A stretch of DNA of 56,110 bases, counting the filler, from Ionaspis alba (Eukaryota), in NCBI GenBank assembly GCA_964255285.1. It is 5 parts of 5 records of this genome, joined end to end, with 100 filler letters (N's around TTAATTAATTAA, not from the genome) between each part and the next. Parts side by side here need not be neighbours in the genome. Positions count along the whole stretch, not along the records: positions 1 to 11,232 come from CAXUUL010000565.1; positions 11,333 to 22,497 come from CAXUUL010000566.1; 3 more parts are not named here. One strand, written 5' to 3'. The notes beneath the pieces are model-generated. The model ran no database searches. It saw nothing but the letters and a program-made list of their open reading frames with translations, and was not told the origin of the DNA. The position numbers and the translations under genes were made by a program. Shown piece after piece: positions 1 to 14,293 of the stretch; positions within the stretch are counted from its first letter, which is position 1; each line of letters opens with the position of its first letter.

Positions 1-508
1 GTCGCCCCCAGCCGCATATCCCGATTCGACATTCCCTCTTGCCTCGACGCCCCCGCAAGCCACAACAGACAGATTGAGCGTCGCCTGCTCCGTACTCCGC
101 TAAAGGCAAAGCGACTAGCAGGACTGCTACCACTACTTACTCCTACTCTCGCGCCTCCTTCAGCTCCTTCGCCCTGTTCGCTCTCTCTCTCTTCCCCAAC
201 TTGTCTACCCCCCGTCGTTCCTAAACCGGCTTGCCTTTCCCACTTCTGTCCAGTTGCCTCTGGCCCCGGCTTCCTCCTTTCGGTTTCGCGTCTCTCCTCC
301 GACCCTGAACATCCGATTCTTCGAGCTCTCGTCGAAGCTACTTATTCGACCATCGTCCGCCTCCCACTGCCTCATACGTGTGATACGGCCCTGATCGATC
401 GAGACTGCTGTCGCGTCCTGCCATCCTTATCCGATTCACCGTCTTCTACCTTCTCCATTCTTCGCCGACTGCCTCTCATGTCATGACACATTCGGCAAAG
501 TCGCGCAC

Positions 509-1996
509 ATGTTACTTACACTCAAACCACCTCCTCTCCAGAACGGGTATTCCAAACCTCATGCGTACTCACCACCACAATCCTTGTCCTCCATCAATAA
601 CTTCTCTTCCTCCGGCGGCAGCGGCGGTCCTGGTGGCGGTGGTGGTACCGGTTCCCTTCCTCCTCTCTCAGAAAGTCATACGCCAAGGATGAGCACACCT
701 CACCGAGGGTTACCGCCTCCTCTGGCGATGACTCTTCCAAATCCGGAGCGAAGCGCGCCATCCATCGGACAGACAATGCAGCTTCCACCTCCCCCACCAA
801 ACCCTTGGCAAGGAGCTGACGAGCCCATGCGGAATTGGCTTCATGCCAAGGCGGAGGACGATCGCCGGAGACAAGAGGAGGAAAGGACGAGACAGGAAGG
901 TTTGAAATTGGAGCAACGAAAGATTGAACAGACGATGTTACGCGAGTCACTCCAAGGTGGTGTACCTCCGCATATGGTTCCCATGGTATTTGCCGGCATG
1001 GCCGGCGGTAACCTTGCAAATGCGAGCTTAGAATGGGCGCAACACTATATGGCACAGATCAGTCTACAGCAACATCAGATCCAGCAGCAGCAGCAGCAGC
1101 AGCAAGTGCAGACCCTCCCACCGCCACAGCAGTCATCACCTGATCTACGTCGTGATTCCCGATTGATCACAGGACCTCAACCGAATCCATATGCCACCCA
1201 ACAACCACCCGCATTAGTACAGCCGCCTTCCGGACCTCCGAGTCAGCAAAGCCAATCGCAGACTGGCTCCAACTCAGCCTTCGCGTCGCCATATCAAGGT
1301 ATCGTCCATGATCGTTCCAGGACACAGCAGCCTCCGTTACAGGCCGCTCCTCCGACCTCGGTGCCTCGACTGCCGCCAGCCCAATCGACGCTGTCACGCC
1401 TGAATACCGGCGAGATGCAGATCCAACCGCCTCCGCAAAGCGGGCTTCAACTGCCTGGCCAGCATCCGCTTCACCAAGCTCAGAGCACGCAGCAAGACCA
1501 GCAAGCAACCTCACCTTCCATATACTTTCACCACTGGGTCCCACCCAACTCGCATAAAGATCCGCAAACCCCGTCGGGGAAGAGCCAGCACGAGTCACCG
1601 TACTCACAAAATGCCACGTCGCACTTGCGAGCGGAATATACGAATTCGCCCAAGAAGCGAAAAACTAACGCAGTACATCATGCCGCAGCCGGGGTCTCCT
1701 CGAGGACGCCTGATACGTCACCATCATTCAACCAACTGACCCAGTCCGGACGCCGTCGAGCCCATTCGGGTCAGCGTAGCGACGGCTCCTCGCGTGGTGC
1801 TCACGACGCCCTTGGTCCGCCCAGCAGTCGCCCACCGAGCCGGCCTCGGCAGCAGAGCATTTCCGAGGGTGAAGGGGGGAGTCAACGGCAATCATCCTCT
1901 CAACCGGAGACGATGCCATCTCATCATCCGGCGGGTCCGGGTCACCGACGAGCGACCAGCGGAACCCCGAAGCAGGAGCCCGAAGCCCCATCGTGA
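509..1996 (+). CDS. Pro/Gln-rich low-complexity hypothetical protein (495 aa) with coiled-coil segment and polyQ tract
   Basis: Single long ORF; WLHAKAEDDRRRQEEERTRQE coiled coil followed by GGVPPHMVPMVF; CAG run at ~1082-1102; SPKKRK NLS-like motif. Confidence 0.75.
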   Translation: MLLTLKPPPLQNGYSKPHAYSPPQSLSSINNFSSSGGSGGPGGGGGTGSLPPLSESHTPRMSTPHRGLPPPLAMTLPNPERSAPSIGQTMQLPPPPPNPWQGADEPMRNWLHAKAEDDRRRQEEERTRQEGLKLEQRKIEQTMLRESLQGGVPPHMVPMVFAGMAGGNLANASLEWAQHYMAQISLQQHQIQQQQQQQQVQTLPPPQQSSPDLRRDSRLITGPQPNPYATQQPPALVQPPSGPPSQQSQSQTGSNSAFASPYQGIVHDRSRTQQPPLQAAPPTSVPRLPPAQSTLSRLNTGEMQIQPPPQSGLQLPGQHPLHQAQSTQQDQQATSPSIYFHHWVPPNSHKDPQTPSGKSQHESPYSQNATSHLRAEYTNSPKKRKTNAVHHAAAGVSSRTPDTSPSFNQLTQSGRRRAHSGQRSDGSSRGAHDALGPPSSRPPSRPRQQSISEGEGGSQRQSSSQPETMPSHHPAGPGHRRATSGTPKQEPEAPS

Positions 1997-2119
1997 AGCT
2001 ATCGTGGCCGTCGAGGGTAGCGCTTGTTCGGGAGGAGTTCTCACACGTTGATATTGGAAGACTACGCCATTGATTCCCAGGAGCATTGCCAAGGCCCTCC
2101 TACTTTCCTCATGTTTGAG

Positions 2120-2162
2120 GCAATTTGCATCGCAATTTGCATCGCAATTTGCATCGCAATTT
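2120..2162. repeat. 12-bp tandem repeat (GCAATTTGCATC)x3.5 downstream of the first gene
   Basis: Three perfect copies plus partial GCAATTT read directly. Confidence 0.9.
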
Positions 2163-3653
2163 TGTATAACAACTATATACCATCTTGCTATTACTGTCCA
2201 ATGTCCAAGACTAGCCATTTTGAACCCCTCCAAAACCTGCCAACTTCTTGAATGGCCATACATTGATAAGTCCTCTCGTGTATCAACGTTGCGCTGTCAC
2301 CAGTTTTCATTCATATTCACATCGTTGCGCAGTAGGTGAAGTCGAGATGATAACATTGGACACGCCTATTCAAGTCCCGACCTCCAGCTTCGTACCCGCA
2401 TTTTCGCATCATGAAAATTCAGTGGGGACGTGTATGGTGTGAAAGATAGTCCGATGGCTCCAATGATCCCGGAGTCAGTAAATTGCATTTCATGACCCGT
2501 CGTACAGAGGACCTCGCACAACATGTGGCGTAATTCGAAGTTGCAACATTGTACAGGTATCCTCTTGTTCGAAGCGATCGTAAGCCCCTCCAAAACTTTA
2601 CTGCACAATCGACTACAAGAAGTTGTAGAACCGAAGAAGTCTGTGATTATGAGTGTGGCAGCGACTTGGCGAAGCCAGATCGTCAGTCAAAGTCATGTTA
2701 GAGGACAATGTGAGCGACCGACCCTAGCTCTTCTGCCCACGCGTCTCGTACATCCCTCGCAAGCTGTATCATTGCAGCCAGACTATCGAACCGAACATCT
2801 GCCACAAGGTACTGCTCTTTTGCAACTCCGCGAGGTTGTGGTGGCACATGAACTGGGTACTCGGGACAGCTACTTAGTCGTAAGCTGTGGCAGCATCTGG
2901 GATGGACAAGACTACTTGTGAGAGGCGCGAACGGAGTGCGTGTTTCAGGCTTGCCTCTGCGATAGGTGGACAAGAAATGTGTAGCGCAAACGCTGGGTGA
3001 TATGGGTTATGGCAGGTCTCAGGTGGAGGACCGTCCCTGCGAGCGGTGCCAGGGCACTGGCTTTGTACCTATCTTTCGATCTCATAGCTTTTTGTGTTGC
3101 TAAGTGTCCGGCTCTGGGTGCCCAGTCGGCAGTCTCTCAGATCACCCTAAGGCCGGGAAGCCGTGTGAGACTCGAATCTTGACTGTGGATTCAACAGCAA
3201 GGCAGACAACTGTAGTGGATAAAAAGGAGGTGTAAGTGGTGCATTGACCTTGCGGCGTTCAGCAGTAGCTTTAGTCTCAAGCTTCGCCACACCCACTCCG
3301 ATTCGAGATTGATCATCACCCGGGTACATTCGTTCCTGGCACTATGCCAGATCAAGTGTTCGGTAGAGGCAGCAGAACATCCTCGGGCTTCGGCGATGCG
3401 AGACATAACCACGCAGGACAACCTCGAGCCTTCTGTGACTCAAGCTGGATTGAGGTACCAACATGTCTGATCACAACAGTCCCGTAACCACGAGTAGATT
3501 TACTAACAGCAACGGCCAAACGTCCGTTTGGCAAAGTATGGCCAGCAAAAGGGTATCATACGGTACATAAGCAGGTCGATGATTAGCTCGCACGCTGCCC
3601 CCGCGTCTCGTGTCTTCTGAAGCAATTGTCGATGACATCCTAACGCTATCCAC

Positions 3654-6600
3654 TTATTCCTCCTTCTCCACCACCTCCTCGGCTTCATCTCCTTCCTCGT
3701 CCGATACTTGCTCTCCTAGAGCTTTAAGTCGTTCCTGGGTTTATTTAGCATCGATTGCAGGCCACAAACCATGCGCATAGACGAACCTTGTCTTTGAGAT
3801 GCTTCTCTTCGAGATCCGCTAGTACGATGAAAAGATCATCAAGCTCTGTCTGCACCGAGGACCGTGCGGTTTCTTTTTCTTCTACTCTTGTTTGGGCATT
3901 TCTCACTCTCTCCTCCGCGTCAGCAGCCCTCTCCTCTGCTCGCTTGAGCCGTATCTCGGAGATCGCTATCTTAGCTGTGTATTCTTCGTGCGCAGTACGA
4001 AGATCTTGGGCATGATCCTTGTTAGATTTGTCCAAATCAAGTTCAAGCGATCGTATCGTCTGCTTCAGGTCGTCAAGGTCAGCTTCATTTCTCTGACGAA
4101 TCCGAGATGTATCAGCTTCATGCTTTGCCTGGAGCTGCCGTGCTTCGGCTTGCAGAGATAACACGATCTTCTGATGGCTGTCGTGAAGCATGCTGAGCGA
4201 CTGCCGATTCTCCTCCTGGATCGACCTTGTCTCTTCTTCTTGGTTCTTCTGTAAGTTCTCGTTGATACTTCGTATCCTGTTGAGCTCAATCGCGGCAGAT
4301 TCTTTCGCTTTGCGGTGATCGGCCTGCTCTTGACCCAGCTTCCGTTCCAAAGTCAAGATATCCGACTCGGCTCTTTGCAGAGCCTGGCTCCGATCCTCCA
4401 CCTGTGACTTGAGAGAATCTACGAGCTCGCGAGAGACGCCTTTCTGCACTCCGTTCGCAATGATCGAGACTTCTATTCCTGGTTCTCGATCGATAGCACG
4501 TAAAATTCGGCTGTAGTTATCTTTCAGAAAATCGACGAAGGTCTTATCTAGAAACACATCTGGCAGTGATCCAGGCCGATCCAGTGCCGGTCTCTGCGAC
4601 AAGACCTCAAAATCACGAACTAGCGGGTGCTCTCGCAACTTGTTCATCTTGTCACAAAATTGCTCCCGGCCTAATCGCGTGGTAAGAATATCATGTATCG
4701 TGGTACGGGAAATGGGCGAATCTTTAGTGGAGAATTCGTATAGGACCCCAAGAAGGAACGCACAAAGTCCAGCAACAAGACCTTTCTGCTGGGATGGTTG
4801 CAGAACTATCTGAGCTAGACTCTGCACATTGCTGCCTTCACCGAGAAAGTCATTAACTGCGTCTGGATCTTCGTAAAGCCAACCGCTTAGAACCATGAGA
4901 TAGCCAACGCTAATCCGGTCATCGTCGCCCCTCTGCGCTCCAGCTATCAATTTCGCTGACAGGGCCTGTATGCATGTAATTACCTCTTCACCTTTGGCTG
5001 CGTCTCCATCTGCAATGTCCATTGCGAGTCTTTTGGCGTCATAGTCCTCGTAGATAAGGTGAAACAGTAACACGGCTGCAATCCATTGCCGATATGGATC
5101 TACGCTGTGAGCCGAAACTGAATCTTCGAGGAGTATGGTAAGAATGTTATCGGCTTCGTACTCTTCGGCCAGGTATCCATTTCGAGCCCGTTGCAAGAAG
5201 TATAAACGAATTGGAGCATGACCATAGAGATACGCTTTGATGCATTCACACGCGGAGAGCCGAACGTCGAAAGCATGGAGAGTATGGACTGATACCGCGA
5301 GATCAAGCAAGCCCTGAATGACATTCACTCTTGCCCCAATCTTGACCTGACCGTGGCCGTTGACAGCTGATGAGGCCAAATCAGGAGTCTGTTGCGATAC
5401 TACCACATTACAATGTGCAAAGCTCTCTTGAAGCGAGCTGTTGCCTCTGATAATGTCTGCACAAGTCTCTAGGGCCTAGGAAAATTTCCAAGTCAGCCGG
5501 CTTCACATTGTATACCGTGTCATGTCCATCCCAGCTTACCTCCGCTCTGATGGCCGTTGCTATTGAGCCATTGAACGCAATATCCAGAACCCGGAGAGCG
5601 ACACCGTTTTGCCAAAAGGATGTCTGATTGGCCTGGGTCCCTACATTCCCTTTAACAAGAAATAACCGAATCACAGAAAGTAGTCCCCAGAGATTCTTGT
5701 CGCGTTGGGCTATAGCCCAGTCCGCGATTTCATCAGGAGAGCTCTGCTCTTGAATAATTTGATTGAGAATCCCAGCAATTTTGGAAGCTCCTCCTGTCTC
5801 TCGAAAGAAAGATTGGTTGGAGGCGTTCAGACTCAAGAGATTCGCAAGCAACGATAGGCAATCCTGAACCATGACACCTCCATGTGTTAGAGAGCCTTCC
5901 GCGTCAACGATATCCAAGATACGATCAAATGCATTTTCAAAAGCCACGAGCTTTTGTAGGTCGGGAGACGAAGGTGTAAGTGCAATAAGTAGCTGAAGAC
6001 CCTCTAACACACAATACAACAAGGATTAGCGTTTCCTTGGGTCCAAATGGGAGCCTGATGACCCTCACCAGTACGAACGGCTTCACGTTTATCGTCAAGA
6101 ACAGCAACTAACCTTGTAACGCCCAGAGGTGCAGTATATACACACTCCTGTGTTCTTTCTGGCCGTGCAGTAGATATGGCCAAGATTAATTGCAAGGAAT
6201 ACAACCGCGAGAAGAAATCGTGCCGGTCAAGAAGATCGAGCAGGATTGTGATGTTCTCCTGACGCTGTTTCTACGATTTAGCATGGTTCACTCTCTCTTC
6301 CACAAGAATGGCGCCACAGACCTGTGTAAATTCATCGGCCAGCCACAGAGCAATATCATCCGATGCTTCAGGCTGACCAGGATCAGCAGCGTCTTAGATA
6401 TCCATCTCGCAGAGCACTCACACTTTTGTCATCCGGATTGAAGAGCATCAAGAGAGTTTCCAGCACGACTTTGGTAGTATCCACATCCTCACCATCACTA
6501 CTAAGGCTGTTAATCAAATTCCTTAGGGCTCCAGAGGCAACGGAAGCCGGATACAGCTTTGCAAAACTCCTGAGACCTAATATCGCTGCTCTTCGGTCTT

Positions 6601-6697
6601 CAAGTAGCGTCGCGCTTTGTAAGCGTCCGCTCAAGACGCTGATAGTATCCGTAGCATTCTGTTTGGCAGGACCCTGCGACTCGAGGATGCGAAACAT
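3654..6697 (-). CDS. USO1: Uso1/p115 ER-Golgi vesicle tether (multi-exon)
   Basis: N-terminal LSGRLQSATLLEDRRAAILGLRSF; LQKLVAFENAFDRI; armadillo-type head then long coiled coil; last exon ERLKALGEQVSDEE...KEE, stop at 3654-3656. Confidence 0.93.
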
Positions 6698-7297
6698 TTT
6701 TTTCTACTTCTCGAGACCTTTTCTGGGTAGAAGATTCGGGCATCATATCTCAGCCACAATGATGATTGTTCAGGGTCGTATAATCTGATAGGAGCAGAGG
6801 ACAGCAACAATAGGTAATATTTTCTTCGCGAGTACCTCTGTAGTGTGGACATGGTCTCGTTTGACGCTATGTGAGCTCGGATCTTCGGCCAAAAACTTCC
6901 GACAGTCCCGCCGCTTTGTTCGCCCAGGGCTGATTAGCGCTCTGCTGAGACTGCATTCGGACATCTTTATGTCGAGTACCTGGGAGAAGTATCCATGATT
7001 CTCCCATTCCAAGATGTTGAGTAACGAAAGACAGACTCCGATAGCCTTTGAGATCTAGATGAGATCAATGCGGGAAATTAGATGCGATCTGAAACAAAAC
7101 ACAATCAGAAGAGGTTCGAGCGTGAATGTACGACTCTAAGTAATACGACATATTCGAGGATCGCACTTCTTGTAGCTGGTGGCTCTCACACTATTTTAAT
7201 TCCATCAGCAAACCTCTTACTCAGCACTGAGTCCAAGCAATCATTCTCTCCAATGCCGTCGCCGCGCGTCTGATCCAGAACCCATACCCTTGTCACC

Positions 7298-10200
7298 ATG
7301 GTCTGTACCGTTCTATCAATCCTTTCGGTGTCTTCAACTTACATCATCAGGGTGTCCCCGCACTGTTCAGATGGCTTTCCCAGAAGTATCCCAAGATCAT
7401 CTCCCCTGTCATCGAAGAGCGCCCGCAGGACGTACATGGACAAACAATTCCTGTGGATTTCACGAAGCCGAATCCAAATGGAGAAGAATTCGACAATCTC
7501 TATCTGGACATGAATAATATTGTGCATCCATGCTCGCATCCAGAGGATCGGCCACCACCAGCTACGGAGGAAGATATGATGCTGGCAGTCTTTGACTATA
7601 CGGATCGTGTAGTCAATATGGTCAGACCAAGGAAGCTCTTGATGATCGCTGTCGGTAAGTTCCTTGGTTTGGTTACTAGACTCTACTGGACTTTCGCGTT
7701 TCATGGACGACAGCCTGATTGATTGAAGTTCAGGCTGTTCATGATGTGGCGAGGCATTCCTTCATCATTGTCTGCTCTCCACTTCTCACATGTGCTTATT
7801 GTTTCGACCATAGATGGTGTAGCGCCGAGGGCGAAGATGAACCAGCAACGCTCAAGAAGATTCCGGTCGGCCCAAGAGGCCAAGGAGAAGGACGAAGACA
7901 AGCAAGAATTACTGAAGATGCTCAGATCTCAAAATGGAGGTATATTGAAAGAGGGCACGGAGGACCTCATGCAGAAGAAGACATGGGACAGTAACGCCAT
8001 CACGCCCGGAACTCCGTTCATGAATTTGCTAGCAGCGTGCTTGAGATACTGGTGTGCGTATAAGCTCAATACCGATCCGGCATGGGAAAAGGTACTCATC
8101 ATTATCCAACGAGCTATGTGTTATGTCTTAGACTTACTCTCACAGCTGAAAGTAATCATATCTGATGCCAGCGTTCCAGGCGAAGGCGAGCACAAAATGA
8201 TGGAGTTCATTCGATCACAGCGGTCGTCCCCGGAACATGATCCCAACACTCGACACGTCATATACGGTCTTGTAAGTCCCAATGCGCCTTCTCCCTCCAC
8301 CCATGTTAATGTTGTTGTTAGGATGCCGATCTAATCATGCTTGGTCTCGCTACTCACGAGCCGCACTTTCGAGTTCTTCGCGAAGACGTTTTCTTTCAGG
8401 ATTCGAAAGGAAGGACTTGTCGTATATGTGGTCAAAAGGGTCACATTGCTGACGAATGCGGAGGCGAGGCGAAGCAGAAGGATGGAGCGTTCGACGAGAA
8501 AGACAAAGCCGTAGCCGAAAAGCCCTACATCTGGCTTCATGTTTCCGTACTTCGCGAATATTTGGAGGCAGAGCTGTACGTCCCTCAGCAGCCCTTTCGT
8601 TTCGATCTAGAGCGAGCTCTGGATGACTGGGTATTCATGTGTTTCTTTGTTGGCAACGACTTTTTGCCTCACTTACCGAGTCTCGACATCCGCGAGAACG
8701 GCATCGATACTTTGATCGCAATCTGGCGCGACAACATTCCCGTCATGGGCGGATACTTAACCAAGGATGGTTATGTCGATCTGGAGAGGGCTCAGTTCAT
8801 CTTGGAGGGCTTGGCTAGGCAGGAGGATGCCATATTCCGTCGTCGACGTCAGACAGAAGAACGTAGAGATGCCAACGCCAAACGCCGGAAAATCGAGGAA
8901 CAAAGTCGCAGCAACGTCCGAGGTCCGACCTCGGGGGATCTTCGGAGGTCACCAGAGTACAGCGCTCCAACGCGCAATGGTCACAACCCGCCACCGGCTT
9001 TACCACTATTCGCACCAGGGAAAGGCCAGATCTCTAAGGAAGTCACCACGCTAACGCATGAGATGGCCGTAAATCGAAGTGCGATATACAAAGCGAATCT
9101 TGCCAACAAAAGCGCCGCAGTAGCCTTGAAGAGTCAGCTGCTTGGGCAAGACAATTCCGGTAATGGTGAGCAGTCAAGTATTGATGCCGCACAAGCCAGC
9201 CAAGTCGACTCGGATTATGCCACCGAAGCTAGCAAGAGTCCGGCATCGGCGCTAAGGAAAAGAAAGGCAGATCTGATAGAGGAGGAGCAGCTCGGAAGTC
9301 AAGGCGGAAGAACTCCAGTCAGCCCAGGTACACCCAAAGTTGATGAAGAGGAGCCTGCGCCGGATAATATACGTTTCTGGGAGCAAGGGTACGCAGACAG
9401 GTACTACGAACAAAAGTTCGGCGTTGATCCCGGAGATGTTACCTTTCGCAACAAGGTGGCCCGAGATTACGTTGAGGGTTTAGCCTGGGTGCTTTTGTAC
9501 TACTTTCAGGGCTGTCCGTCATGGACATGGTACTATCCGCACCACTATGCTCCTTTTGCCGCAGACTTTGTGGACCTCGGTTCGATCAAGATCAGATTTG
9601 ACAAAGGCCGTCCATTCAAACCATATGAGCAGCTAATGGGAGTACTTCCAGCCGCATCAAATCACGCCATCCCGGAAGTCTTCAGGGGCTTAATGTCGGA
9701 CCAGGACAGCGAGATCTTGGACTTCTATCCTAAGGAGTTCCCGATCGATCTCAATGGAAAAAAGTTTGCCTGGCAAGGCGTGGCTCTTCTACCTTGGATC
9801 GACGAAAGAAGACTTCTTGATGCAATGAGCAAGAAGTACCCACTGTTGTCGGCAGAGGATGCTGCAAGAAACGAGACCGGCAAGGATGTCTTACTTATGT
9901 CTGATCGCCACCCTCTCTATGAGGAAGTTGCGACCAACTTCTATTCGACGCGGCAAGGATCGCCGAAGTACAAGCTAAACTCGAAGATTAGTGAAGGTCT
10001 TGCTGGAAAAGTCGAGAAGGACAATACCCACACGCTACATAGTCCCCTTGCATTCCCGCTCGGCGGTGAGGGAAGTATGCCTGGACTTGACGAAGATCAT
10101 TCAATCAGGTATGATAAGTCACTAATTTTAAGCGGAACTGTCTTCCAACGCTGATCGAAATTAGTGTTCACTACGAGATGCCTCGGTCTCATTATGTACA

Positions 10201-10660
10201 CAAATCGATGCTACTACGTGGGGTCAAGTTCGCGCCTCCTGCCTTAGATCGTGCAGATATTGAGGCCACAAAGGGCCGGGCAAATCGTTCTGGTCGGTCT
10301 CATGGTAGTGCGCCGTTGAGAGGAAGGAACGGTAATGATCGTGGTCGAGGTAGTATCAGCTACGCTCCTGATCCACGACCCAATCCTTTTGCTCTACACG
10401 TTCCTCCGGGTTATGCTCCACCAAGTGCAGGAGCTAATTACTATGGCGGTGCTCCACGACCATATCCTGCAGAATGGAGACCTTATCAGTCGAACAGTCA
10501 ATCTTATCCCCAAGGGACACATAATCATTACGCGGAAGTCGCACATCAGTACAATAGTCAGGGGCAGTCCAATCATGATGGAAGGACACAAGGGCAGTCA
10601 TACGGGTATGGTCCATCACCCTTACCGCCGCCTCCACACGGTCGCAACTTTTATCGCTAG
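7298..10660 (+). CDS. RAT1: Nuclear 5'-3' exoribonuclease Rat1/Xrn2; exons 7298-7300, 7351-7654, 7814-8091, 8146-8271, 8322-10108, 10165-10660
   Basis: [53 protein letters not shown]; zinc knuckle [18 protein letters not shown] junctions keep the frame. Confidence 0.96.
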
Positions 10661-10668
10661 CCAGACTT

Positions 10669-10941
10669 CAGTGTAATGACAAAAAAATTGAATTATAATT
10701 GTTACAGGCTGTCGCATGTAGCTGAGAGCACGCTGGTGCACTAGTGCTCTTCCCATAGTATTTAGGCCTGAGAGGCATATAATTAATAGATCATCTTTAC
10801 ACTTCACGACAATAGTCCACTTACGGCTTGACCTTAGCAATAATTGAATTATAATTTCAATTTTAATTTCATCTACAAAATTGGATTTCAATTTCAATTT
10901 CATGAGTTTAAAATTCAATTTTTCAATTTTTCAGTACATTG
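10669..10941. mobile_element. Candidate non-autonomous TIR element (MITE-like, ~273 bp), followed by AT-rich sequence to the contig end
   Basis: Left end CAGTGTAATGA..AAAAATTGAATT versus reverse complement of right end CAATGTACTGA..AAAAATTGAATT; AT-rich; no clean TSD. Confidence 0.4.
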
Positions 10942-11232
10942 TAGCCAGTGTAGAAGGCTTCCCCGGCCTCCGAGTAGGGCTTAGCCGAAAAATTTGGCCC
11001 TTTTTTGAATAGTATCTCCATCCCAAATTGAGCCATTGAGTACTTGCTAGAGTCTTTTTAGATTATAAATGGTGTGGATAAAGAATGATTGATTTTTCTT
11101 ATAATTTGTTGTTATTTAATTTATTAATTTGTAAATAATTGTAGGGGCTATCTAGGTGGTAAATAGGTTTCACGGAAAGGTTTGATTACTACGTAATAAT
11201 AGTTAAATAATAAAATATTTATAATAATATGA

Positions 11233-11332
11233 NNNNNNNNNNNNNNNNNNNNNNNNNNNNNNNNNNNNNNNNNNNNTTAATTAATTAANNNNNNNNNNNN
11301 NNNNNNNNNNNNNNNNNNNNNNNNNNNNNNNN
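11233..11332. other. Artificial contig linker
   Basis: N44-TTAATTAATTAA-N44, stops in all six frames. Confidence 0.98.
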
Positions 11333-11928
11333 GAATCTACATCCACTGCTCGCTCTCCACACCCCTTAGCCCTTCCGCTCTCGCGTCCGAAGCCGCCCTC
11401 GCCCTCGCCGCCTCTCCACCGCCTTCTCTACTACTCAGTAATCCCTCCGCCTCCTCCTCGAACTATGGCTCCCAGCCACACCCGCCCCAAACCTCCACTC
11501 CAGCCGCACCCTCCACAGACACCCCACCCCAAGGCTTCGACCGCCTCCTAGCCGCCGGTCTCGCCCCAACCGAAATCGCCGCTCTCCGTTCCCAATTCCT
11601 CGCCATCCAAGCACACACTCACACGCCAGATACCATGCCCTCGGCGACGGAGATGCGAGCACTAGAGGAGCGGTGGCTGGACAATTCACCGTCGGGTCTT
11701 GGTTCCGGCATGGGAGCGAGTACGGGAGGGGGCTGGGAAGGAGGCTTGGAGGATGAAAGCGGACTGGATGATATGCTGTGGGGGAATGTGATGGGATTCT
11801 TTTGGCCGGTCGGAGCGTTAGTGTGGTTGGTTAGGGAGGAGGGGGTTTGGAGTCCTAGGAGGCAGATTGCGGTTGTGACCGGGGCGGTGATAAATATTGT
11901 TCTCGGGGTTATGAGAGCGATGGCTTAG
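11333..11928 (+). CDS. DSC3: Dsc3-like (DUF2407) Golgi E3 ligase complex subunit, 5'-truncated by contig start
   Basis: IYIHCS; GFDRLLAAGLAPTEIAALRSQF (UBA-like); LEERWLDN; MLWGNVMGFFWPVGALVWL...WSPRRQIAV membrane C-terminus. Confidence 0.85.
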
Positions 11929-12421
11929 TGAAGGGTGGGAGAGTGGGAGAGGGGATGATGAATAAGGCGTTTGGGCTTGTTTATGATACCCTTGGGATTG
12001 GCATAGTGGAGTGCTTTGGTTATATCTGATACTGTTATTCTAAGAGAGTATTATATAGTAGAGATTTTGGAAGACACTGAATCTCACGATTGTGGTGTTT
12101 GAAGCTTCATATCACTTGTCTACACAGGAAGTAGACGAATGCCTGCAGATGAATCTGAATCTCGACGTCTTTTCAAGAGCTCGTCTCACGTTGAGTGCAG
12201 TCACAATTGACATTCGAACCTGTGGTTTGAGAGAGTTTGGAAACAGCCTTTCGGCGGATGCCAAGCTCGATCTAAAGTCTTGATAATCTTCGTGGTCGCT
12301 GAAAAGTCCACTTTACTTCCATCTGGATAAGCCTTCACCAGATTCGCTCCCACAAACATCTCTAGGGCGGATCCTCGACGCAAGAGAGCTGTAATTGTGT
12401 CTTTTAAGAAGATCGGCGCTC

Positions 12422-13949
<1,528 letters not shown>

Positions 13950-14293
13950 TGTGGTTTTGGTACACTCCTGTATAGCGCAATGGCTAATAGGACTGCGAAG
14001 GAGCTTCTTTAATCTCGAAGCTCAGAGTATTATTAACGAATTGTCGAGGTATCATAGTTGGTTTCAGGTTTTGATAGAAGATAGCTATTGTGGACGCGCC
14101 GAAAATTGAACTTTGAGAGGCCAAACGCGGATCTGACAACGGTAGTCTAAGCGGATATAGAGCGGTGTTTTTAGGCGATGCCCTACTGAACAGCCGCTTT
14201 TAGTGGGCAAACTTGGGTGACACTTGGTGCTATTCATCAACTAGTACCCGGACATCACCTGGAACGCCGACGGCCTCCCTAGACCACCTAATG

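Noticed and set aside
2248..3653. Short ORFs between gene 1 and USO1, and antisense ORFs throughout the window
   Set aside because: No recognisable motifs; consistent with chance or shadow ORFs
7655..7813. Stwintron or snoRNA in RAT1 intron 2
   Set aside because: No internal AG that would rebuild a donor; no correctly ordered C/D or H/ACA boxes
8092..8145. Stop-free 3n introns (also 19431-19499 in STN1)
   Set aside because: Expected by chance in short introns, and they interrupt conserved domains
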